Assembly (NCBI GenBank): GCA_021851885.1 | Contig: JAJZBS010000004.1 | Location: 1 to 61,975 of the forward strand | Length of the DNA: 61,975 bases | Direction: 5' to 3' | Origin: Actinomycetes bacterium | GTDB lineage: Bacteria > Actinomycetota > Acidimicrobiia > Acidimicrobiales > JAMCQF01 | Shown: in pieces, positions 52,856-61,975 of the stretch | Layout of the letters: each line of letters opens with the position of its first letter | Position numbering within the stretch: position 1 is the stretch's first letter | Translations under genes and position numbers: made by a program | The notes under the pieces: generated by a model | Told to the model about the DNA's origin: nothing | The model's input: the letters and a program-made list of their open reading frames with translations, nothing else | Database searches by the model: none

Positions 52856-53764
52856 TCAGGCTCCTCCGAGGGTGGCGTCGAGCTCCGCCGCTTGCCAGGC
52901 GAGCTCCGCCTCTTCGCCTCGTGGCCCGGAGCGGTCACGCGCGGCGAGCCGGGCATGGCGGGCTGCGTCTCGTGCGGCCGCCCACGCGGGTTCGTACTGG
53001 AAGGCGAAGTGTGCACCGGTCATCTGCGGTCCCCAGGGCGTCGGGCGGACGGTTCCCGCCCGCGTCGGGGTCCGCCGGTCCATCATGCGGTGCTCGGCAT
53101 GCTCGACGTTCCCTTCTTCGAGCGCGACGTAGAGGTGAGGGAGGACGTGATGGTGCACCGCCTCGATCGCCGCGAGGACGGAGTCGATGACGGCGATCAC
53201 TGCTTCGTAATCCGGGTCGTCGAGAGCTTCGGCGTCGCGCGCCTCGTCCTCGCCGAGAAGCTCGACGGAAAGGCCAGTTGTCTCGAAGCGGTCGCGGCGC
53301 ATGCGGCGAAGAGCGCGGACGCGCGCCAAGTACCCGAGGCGGTCGAGGTGCTCCGGCGCGGTCTCGTCGAGGACGCGGCGCGCCTCCCCGACGGCGTCGG
53401 CGAGAAGGGTGCCGTCGGGGAGGCCGAGGACGCCCGCCCGGTCGGCAGCTCGCTCCGCGCATGACAGGGCAAAGTGGGTTGCGGACTCGACGTTCCAAGC
53501 AGTCTCCGCCACGAGACGGGCCGTTCCAACACGCAGTGATCCGTCTCGTTCGGCTTTCCCGACCGGCGTACCGGCTGCCTCGGCGTACCAGATGCGCTCG
53601 TCGAGAACGTTGAGCAGCACCTTGGACGGTCGCAAGACGAGCTGAGGACCATGCGTCTCTCCCACGCGCCCGTCAATGGGGAGCTGCCACGGGATCCTTC
53701 CGTCAGCGGTGTGCTCGACGCCTGTTGCGTCCGTCGGTACGTACAGTGCCGGCTCCATGCTCAT
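52856..53764 (-). CDS. Hypothetical protein (possible Imm5-like helical segment)
   Basis: Coding-like 302-aa ORF codirectional with bioA; ARLVAETAW...FALSCAERA..AVGEARR resembles Imm5-like patterns from memory. Confidence 0.7.
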   Translation of the reverse strand: MSMEPALYVPTDATGVEHTADGRIPWQLPIDGRVGETHGPQLVLRPSKVLLNVLDERIWYAEAAGTPVGKAERDGSLRVGTARLVAETAWNVESATHFALSCAERAADRAGVLGLPDGTLLADAVGEARRVLDETAPEHLDRLGYLARVRALRRMRRDRFETTGLSVELLGEDEARDAEALDDPDYEAVIAVIDSVLAAIEAVHHHVLPHLYVALEEGNVEHAEHRMMDRRTPTRAGTVRPTPWGPQMTGAHFAFQYEPAWAAARDAARHARLAARDRSGPRGEEAELAWQAAELDATLGGA

Positions 53765-54192
53765 GCCGCGCGACTCTAATCCTGGGCCGCCGCTACAGCA
53801 GCCCTACGGGCCGGACGGTGGCGAAGGGCAATATCCGCGGGAGCGACAGCGAGCTTTCCCACGATCGCGATGCGTCGACGGGACAACCGGCGGATGCGGG
53901 AAGGGTCCGCCGGCACATCGAAGAAGTCCTCGCTGCCACCGCAATCGGTGCATCTGCCCTTCGAGTGCGTGGCGCCTTCGGGTTTGTTGTCGGCACTTCC
54001 TCTTCCTTCCGGAAGGGCGACGTCGAAGGCGAGGAAGACCCGGGCACAGCGCCCGGTACCGGGGGCAATCCAAGCGGCGCCGACTGACCCGCGCAAGCAA
54101 GTGCGGCGGGGGGCCTGCCTGCGGCAGCGGGGCACGCCCGAGCGGTTTCCCCACGCGATTCTGCCAACGGTCGCCTGCCATACGGCGGTCCC

Positions 54193-54206
54193 GTGACCTT
54201 TGGCCC
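54193..54206 (+). promoter_or_regulatory. DosR/OsdR-like box upstream of DUF1918-CBS operon
   Basis: GTGACCTTTGGCCC, preceded by a GGTCCC half-site. Confidence 0.55.
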
Positions 54207-54316
54207 TACCCGTTTGCCGTGGAGAGTTCGATCCTGGTTCGTGCAGGACGGTGGAGAAGCGACATGCCATCTTGCGGGAGGGGCGGGGTGCCCTGCCCGG
54301 AGGAAGGGAGGTGGCC

Positions 54317-54517
54317 GTGCAAGCTGCAGTCGGCGACAGGATCGTGATCAAGAGCCACCGCATCGGAGAGCCAGACCGGGACTGCGAGGTGCTCGCCGTC
54401 CGAGGAGCAGACGGAGGGCCGCCGTACGCGGTGCGCTGGGACGACAGCGGGCAGGAAGGCTTGTTCTTCCCCGGATCCGACGCGACAGTCCAGCACTTCG
54501 AGCACGTCACGTCGTGA
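54317..54517 (+). CDS. DUF1918 family protein (Rv0569-like)
   Basis: MQAAVGDRIVI..HRIGEPDR.CEVL.VRG.DGGPPYAVRW.D.G.EGLFFPGSDA. Confidence 0.9.
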   Translation: MQAAVGDRIVIKSHRIGEPDRDCEVLAVRGADGGPPYAVRWDDSGQEGLFFPGSDATVQHFEHVTS

Positions 54518-54543
54518 CGCGCCTGGCCTTGGAAGGAGGAAAC

Positions 54544-54990
54544 GTGCAGACGATCGATGCTCTGCGGCGTTCCGGGGTCGGCATCGAGCCCGGTCAAACC
54601 ATCCGTGAAGCGGCGGCTCTCATGGAGAGTGCCGGGGTCGGCTCTCTGGCCGTCCTGGACGGCACCACGGTGATCGGCATCGTGACCGATCGGGATCTGG
54701 TGCGCCGAGGGATGGCGCTCGGACTGCCCCTTGATGCACGGGTCGATGCCGTCATGTCGTCGCGGGTTGTGACGATCAGCGCCGACGCCGACCTTCACGA
54801 GGCGTTCTCGGTCTTCCGGACCCACGGCGTGCGGCGGCTTGCCGTCGTCCGCGACGGGGCGTTCGCGGGAATGATCACCGTCGACGACTTGCTGGTCGAT
54901 CTCGCCGACGATCTGGTGGATCTCAGCCGGCCGATCGACGCCGAGATCCGCGCTGCTTACCACGACGGGGCCGTGCCGGCGACGACCTGA
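54544..54990 (+). CDS. CBS-domain pair protein
   Basis: GGAGGA RBS; AA.LM...GVGSL, GIVTDRDLVRR, VRRLAVV...G.ITVDDL. Confidence 0.9.
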   Translation: MQTIDALRRSGVGIEPGQTIREAAALMESAGVGSLAVLDGTTVIGIVTDRDLVRRGMALGLPLDARVDAVMSSRVVTISADADLHEAFSVFRTHGVRRLAVVRDGAFAGMITVDDLLVDLADDLVDLSRPIDAEIRAAYHDGAVPATT

Positions 54991-55088
54991 ACCGGAACCG
55001 TCCGCCATTTCACGGCTTGCGCGCAGGTCGCTGAGGTGGATGGCAGGCGGCTGGATACGGCAAGGGCCCTGCGCCAACATGGTGGCTG

Positions 55089-56114
55089 ATGGCGACGGGG
55101 TCGGATGCCACGGAGGGCGGCCAGGTCTACAGGGCCTCGGTCGCGCCCCGCCCAGCGGGCGCCAAACGTGCCCGTCGTCGACTGTGGTGGCCGAGGTCCG
55201 CGTTGATGGCCGTGTTCGCGGTTGTCGCCGCCTCCGGTGGCGTGGCCACAGCGAATGGGGCGTGGTCGGCATCGACCGCGGTCCGTGTTGGTGGTCGCAC
55301 GACGATCCCGCGCGGCTCGTCCCCGTCACAACGTCCCTCTGTCGAGCCCTCCGTCGCCGGCAACCGGTCTGTGGAGCCTGTGACAGTCGGAGGGTTGACG
55401 ATCGACCCCGCGCCCCGCGGCGCCGGCCCCGCTCCCCTCGGCATGGACCGTGCGGAAGCCCGCGCCTATGCGGGCTTCACCGGTGGCCTTGGCGGCTCGC
55501 CGTCCGTCATCTTCGGCTTCGTCACGCTGCGCGGCGTCTCCATGCCGGACGGCGTGCCCGCGCTGGACGACACCGCAGCCTGGGTAGGCGTTGTTCGCTA
55601 CGTCAACCAGGGCGGCTTCAACTGTCCGGATGAGAGAGGCACGCCGCAATCGGCCCGGCCATTCCAACCGGAGGACCGCGCCGTGATCTTCTACGGCGGC
55701 GACGGGCGCGGCGCCGTCCTTTACGACACGGGCGGTACGGCGCCTTGTACCGGAGCTCTCACTGCGCCGACGGTGGCTATCGCCGATGCCCTCGTGCCGG
55801 TCCGCTGGCATCAGCAGGGGCCGCCGGGGCTGGCCACCACCATCAGCTACCGGGCGCCGCTGTGCGCCGTCCAGATAAGTGTCGGCGCGAATGGGAATGC
55901 CAAGACGGGCATCAACACGGTCACCGTCGTCGTCGCGTTCCCCTTCGCCCGTTCAGGCTGCGCCGCCGTGAAGACCTTCACGACAACGGTGCGTGTGTAC
56001 CCGGTCTCGGTAGGCCCTGGAGCACCTCCGGCACCCACGCATGTCGTCCTGGTGCCGAGCGTGTGGCCCGACTTTGTCCCTGCCGTCTTGGTCGGGCCCA
56101 TCCCTTCCGACTGA
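55089..56114 (+). CDS. Hypothetical membrane-anchored/exported protein
   Basis: Basic RARRR followed by a hydrophobic helix, then a beta-rich region with four Cys. Confidence 0.65.
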   Translation: MATGSDATEGGQVYRASVAPRPAGAKRARRRLWWPRSALMAVFAVVAASGGVATANGAWSASTAVRVGGRTTIPRGSSPSQRPSVEPSVAGNRSVEPVTVGGLTIDPAPRGAGPAPLGMDRAEARAYAGFTGGLGGSPSVIFGFVTLRGVSMPDGVPALDDTAAWVGVVRYVNQGGFNCPDERGTPQSARPFQPEDRAVIFYGGDGRGAVLYDTGGTAPCTGALTAPTVAIADALVPVRWHQQGPPGLATTISYRAPLCAVQISVGANGNAKTGINTVTVVVAFPFARSGCAAVKTFTTTVRVYPVSVGPGAPPAPTHVVLVPSVWPDFVPAVLVGPIPSD

Positions 56115-56354
56115 CGGTTCCTCGCCGGTTCCCACCGGCGCCGGGGCAGGCGACGAAGGACGGACCCGATGTGAGCCGCCGCAGGAGGCAGAGGCGAAGG
56201 ACGTGGCCGAGGAAGCCCGTTCGCGCTCGCGCATCGTGGCGACGCCGCCGCGCGTCTCCTGACCACAGCCAGTGCCGTTGGGGCGCACCGACGCGACGAC
56301 ACTTGAACGCAAGAAGTGGCTTGTGGCGGGATGCGCACCCCCTGCCTTGAGGCC

Positions 56355-57029
56355 CTAGCTGGACAGCCACGGCAAGCCGAGCTCTGATCGCAGAATCGCG
56401 ATCGCCGCAGCTTTGGATGTCTCGTCGCGTTGAAACTGCAACTTCCATGACGAGAAGTGAAGGGTGCCGAGGGAAGAGAGCCTGCTGAGATCGGTCGATA
56501 TCGCCGATGCCGCAGCAATGACATCGTTGAGGTCGGCCGCCGCAGGTGGGTACGCCCGTGCAAGGGCCCGAAGATGTGGGACGGCACGCGATATCGCCGC
56601 GACGACCGGGCGGGCGTCAACGGTCATGTCGACATTCGTCGTGCGAGCGGTCCAATTGTTCATCTTGTTCTGAAGTGTTGTTGCTGCGGCACTCACGGGC
56701 CGTGAAATCGACAGAAAGCGTTGCGCTGCTTGATGTTTCGTCAACGAAGACCCCACCGAGAGCGTGTTGCCGGAGTTGGCCGTCTCTGAACCGGAGCCGT
56801 TCGATCCACTTGGCGCCGTCCCGACAGAACATGCCGACGCGATCACCGCCACGCAGAGCAAAGCGAGGAGTGGCGGTGATCGGAGCCATGCCCCATTCCT
56901 CGAATGCGAGCCTTCAGGTCGCGCGCGCGTGGCGACGGCAACGACTCCCAACGGGCCGTCACGGACCTCCTGGCCCGGGAGCAGCGGAGTGATGCCCACC
57001 TTCTCGGTCATCCCAACGTTCGGCTCCAC
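56355..57029 (-). CDS. Putative lipoprotein; start uncertain
   Basis: LLALLCVAVIASA-C lipobox-like sequence, Ser/Gly linker, helical domain. Confidence 0.6.
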   Translation of the reverse strand: MEPNVGMTEKVGITPLLPGQEVRDGPLGVVAVATRARPEGSHSRNGAWLRSPPLLALLCVAVIASACSVGTAPSGSNGSGSETANSGNTLSVGSSLTKHQAAQRFLSISRPVSAAATTLQNKMNNWTARTTNVDMTVDARPVVAAISRAVPHLRALARAYPPAAADLNDVIAAASAISTDLSRLSSLGTLHFSSWKLQFQRDETSKAAAIAILRSELGLPWLSS

Positions 57030-57128
57030 CCATCTCTCCCAATATCGGGCTCGGTGCCCAAGACGCTACAAACGCGACTGCGCGTCGGCAATGGCACCTG
57101 AGAGCTCTCGGAGCTGGCGAGCCTGAAG

Positions 57129-58718
57129 GTGTCTTCGACGGCTGGCAGGGCTCCCCTACCATGGCTTGGAGTGGATAAACGCTGGAAGATCCGCTTCGCT
57201 CGTCGCCGTCGCACTCCGAGTAAGGGGGACGGGGCGGCGTCCGCTGCTGAGGCAGCCGGCGCGCCGGGAGACCGCACCACCCCTCGCCCACCGGATTCTG
57301 AGGCGGGCGGCTCGCTGCAGCCCGCACCGACCGGTCCGCGGGAGCGCCATATCGCGGGCATTGGACAGTGGAGGCTCGCTCCCGAGGGTCACAGCCTGGT
57401 GGCTCGGACGCGCGACTGGCTCTTCGGCATGGCGGAACCGGGTCGGGCTCAACCGGTCCGGCTGCCCGAGCCCGAGGAGCGCGCCGTCTACCGGATCCTC
57501 AACTTCGCGCTCCGTGCCGGTGGACTGATGCTCAGCAGCGGTGCCGGCACCATCGAGGTCGAATCGATCATCCTGGAACTCACCGCGGCCTGTGGCCTAC
57601 TGCACTGTGAGGTGGACGTGACGTTCACCTCGATGACGGCCTCTTACATACGCGGGGACGACGTCGAGCCCGTCACCACGTTGCAGGTCGTGCGGCACCG
57701 TCGCGTCGACTACTCCCGGCTTGCCAACGTTTACGCGCTGCGGGCCGATCTCGTCGCCGGGCGGATCACTCCGGACGAAGCCTTGGCCCGGCTCGATGCC
57801 ATCGTGGCCGGCACCAAGGCGCGCCGGCGCACCTTGGTGGTTCTGAGCTGGGCCGGGATGGCGGCGGCGTTCACCGTGCTGCTCGGCGGTGGCGTGCTCG
57901 TCGCGGCGGTCGCCTTCGTGTCGACGTCGGTTGTCTACATGGCCAACTTGTCGCTGGCGCGTCGGGCCATTCCAGATTTCTTTCTCTCGGCGTTCGGCGC
58001 CGCGGTTGCGACGATGTTTGCGACGGTGCTGGTGGCGGCGAATGCCCCCGCGACGGCGTCGTTGGTCGTCGCGGGAGGGATCATGGTGCTCGTCCCTGGC
58101 TACGCGCTGGTGGCGAGCGTGCAGGATGCGCTTACGGGCTTCCCGATCAGCGGCTCGGCGAGAGGCCTCGAAGTCCTGCTCACGGCTACGGGGATCATCA
58201 CCGGCGTTGCGGGTGGTCTGTACCTGTCGATCACGCTCGGGGTGCGGGTCCATCTGCAGTCCGTGCAGCTCCTGCCCGTCGTCCACGTGCCCGTGCAGGT
58301 GGCAGCTGCGGGCGTGGCAGCGGCTCTCTACGCTGCGGCCACGTCGGTACCGCGGCGCTCGATCCCGTGGGCGGGGATCGCCGGAGCCATCGGTTGGGGA
58401 ACGTTCCTGGCGTTGCGCCACGGCGGCGGATCCCTCATCTTCGCGACGGCCGTGGCTGCGGTCGTCGTCGGCGCTCTCGGCAACGTGTTCGCCGGCCGGC
58501 GGCAAACCCACCCGTTCCTCTTCGTGGTTCCCGGCATCATGCCCCTCGTGCCCGGCCTGACCATCTACCAGGGCATGTTCAACCTGTTCACAGGAGAGAA
58601 CGGAGGCGGACCGGCAACGCTGTTTCGTGCGCTCGGCATGGGGCTCGCCATCGCCGCCGGCGTCACCTTTGGCAACATGGTGATCAAACCCCTGCGCCGG
58701 CCGCGTCCCCCCCTATAG
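57129..58718 (+). CDS. Threonine/serine exporter (ThrE family, fused); start uncertain
   Basis: G.LMLSSGAGT.EVE, DYSRLA.V, GGIMVLVPG, PGIMPLVPG; about 10 TM segments. Confidence 0.9.
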   Translation: MSSTAGRAPLPWLGVDKRWKIRFARRRRTPSKGDGAASAAEAAGAPGDRTTPRPPDSEAGGSLQPAPTGPRERHIAGIGQWRLAPEGHSLVARTRDWLFGMAEPGRAQPVRLPEPEERAVYRILNFALRAGGLMLSSGAGTIEVESIILELTAACGLLHCEVDVTFTSMTASYIRGDDVEPVTTLQVVRHRRVDYSRLANVYALRADLVAGRITPDEALARLDAIVAGTKARRRTLVVLSWAGMAAAFTVLLGGGVLVAAVAFVSTSVVYMANLSLARRAIPDFFLSAFGAAVATMFATVLVAANAPATASLVVAGGIMVLVPGYALVASVQDALTGFPISGSARGLEVLLTATGIITGVAGGLYLSITLGVRVHLQSVQLLPVVHVPVQVAAAGVAAALYAAATSVPRRSIPWAGIAGAIGWGTFLALRHGGGSLIFATAVAAVVVGALGNVFAGRRQTHPFLFVVPGIMPLVPGLTIYQGMFNLFTGENGGGPATLFRALGMGLAIAAGVTFGNMVIKPLRRPRPPL

Positions 58719-58851
58719 GGGAGAGCGACCTCAAAGGCGCGCACCGCCTTCTTCCATCGCGGTGCCGGCCAGTTGACGGCCGCCATCGCTGCGCTCGCAG
58801 CCGGCCTGAGCACCGTCTTGGCCGGAATGGGCGACAGCGGCGGCGGCTTCC

Positions 58852-59406
58852 CTACATGCTTCTCACGACCCGCGCCGGAACCCCGGCCACGAGTGTCGCG
58901 GGAGGGACGTCGTGCGTGACGACAGCACCGGCGGCGACGACGGCGCCTGCTCCCACGCAGACGCCGGGCAAGACAGTTGCCGCCGCCCCGATCCACACGT
59001 TCGTCTCTATCGTGATCGGTTGCACTGTGATGTATAAGCGCCGCTTGTCCGGCTCCACGGGATGGCCGGCAGTGACCAGGTTGACCTTGTGGGCAATCAT
59101 GACTTCGTCTGCGATGTCGATGGCGCCATGGCCTGTGAACGCACAGTCCGGGCCGATGAACACCGCCCGGCCAACACTGATGTTCCAGCCATAGTCGGTG
59201 TAGAAGGGAGGAATGAGTGTGAACTTGTCCCCGGCCGGCTTGCCGATGAGCTCCTCGAACGAACTTCGGATCGCATCCGGCTCGCCCATGTGGTGAGCGC
59301 TGATCCCGGCGGACATCCGGGTCGCGACCTTGACTCGTTCGACGACTGCTTGGAACTCAGGCGACTTGACGCCGATCAGTCTCTGTTCGTGCATGCCGTC
59401 ATTCAT
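58852..59406 (-). CDS. Hexapeptide-repeat sugar O-acetyltransferase (Maa-like)
   Basis: [50 protein letters not shown]...LVAGVPARV. Confidence 0.9.
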   Translation of the reverse strand: MNDGMHEQRLIGVKSPEFQAVVERVKVATRMSAGISAHHMGEPDAIRSSFEELIGKPAGDKFTLIPPFYTDYGWNISVGRAVFIGPDCAFTGHGAIDIADEVMIAHKVNLVTAGHPVEPDKRRLYITVQPITIETNVWIGAAATVLPGVCVGAGAVVAAGAVVTHDVPPATLVAGVPARVVRSM

Positions 59407-59881
59407 CCTCGCGAATCCGGTGTGATCGCGGAAGCATACTGATGCGAACTCCATCCCCCGGCGGGCTTCCGCAAAGGGCTGCGCCCGCGCGATGACAAGC
59501 CACCGGCGGGCCCACTCCACCCGTCATTCTCGTCGAATCCGAGGGTCCGTGGGCCAGTGCACACGTCCGACAAATGCTTCATTCTTCGGGTTCGATCCGA
59601 GGAGGTCATCGAGGAGCTCGGCGTACGTGGCGATCAGGTCCCGAAAACACTCATCGACCGGACGGCGAGCGACCGGGCCCCAGGCTGAGAGCCTGGGTCG
59701 GCATCGACAGCCCGCGAGGGCTGCGGACAGCCCCACTCGTTCCCGCGGAACTTCGCGCTGCCCACAAGGTGCCTCGCCCGTTCGCCCGCACATCTTCTGT
59801 CGGCGGCGCCTCCGGTCCCGTCTACGCTTTCTTTATTGCCGTCTGACACGAGACCGGCCAGCCTCCAGCAGAGAAGAACCC

Positions 59882-61726
<1,845 letters not shown>

Positions 61727-61768
61727 AAGCACGTCCTTGACATTCGGCACGCGGCGACCTGGTCGGCC

Positions 61769-61975
61769 GTGGCCCCCAGCTCAGGGGCCAGGTGTAGCCG
61801 TCACCACTTGAACTCGCCCAGCGCGCACGAACGTGAGGAGATCCGCGTAGGGATCGAAGCAGACGAGTCGCAGCGAGCAGTGGCCCGCCGGCTCGGTCGT
61901 TCAGCGTCGACGATCACGAGGGAGGTCAGTTGCAACGGCGGCCGACACCGGTACCGGGCGACGGCCGCAGACCGC
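61769..61975 (+). mobile_element. IS30-family transposase N-terminal HTH (partial, runs off window)
   Basis: EREEIRVGIEADESQRAVARRLGRSASTITREVSCNGGRHRYRA matches the IS30 HTH_38 pattern; starts possible at GTG 61769 or TTG 61808; no terminal IR recognised. Confidence 0.75.

Noticed and set aside
53776-54096. Possible small Zn-ribbon ORF (CTDC) on the minus strand
   Set aside because: Only one CxxC pair, a weak TTG start and no RBS; cannot be separated from a chance frame.

Overview
High-GC actinobacterial chromosome segment centred on oriC; gene order and protein signatures suggest Acidimicrobiia (inference). The core block runs gyrA-gyrB-dciA-recF-dnaN-oriC-dnaA | rpmH-rnpA-yidD-yidC-jag-rsmG-parS x2-parA-parB | cwlM-trxA-trxB-degV-murJ-DUF6049 | HDAC-cca | ino1-padR | DUF5318, trxA2, panB, rpsF-ssb-rpsR-rplI-dnaB. 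An accessory region follows: arylsulfatase, aldo/keto reductase, a doubled-YbjQ operon, MFS, GlnR-boxed amtB-glnK, ppsA/CBS/DUF1918 genes sharing a DosR-like box, bioAFD, exported proteins, thrE, an O-acetyltransferase, typA and an IS30-type HTH at the right edge. The most unusual signal is at the left edge. The tRNA-Ile(GAU) gene after gyrA breaks just past the anticodon loop and continues into highly structured foreign sequence. That sequence contains a 17-nt segment complementary to the tRNA's own D-arm. The other end of the insertion lies outside the window, so its identity (IS110/IS1111-like, IS3-like, integrative element or intron) is unresolved. All family assignments come from motif recognition by eye; no database searches were run.
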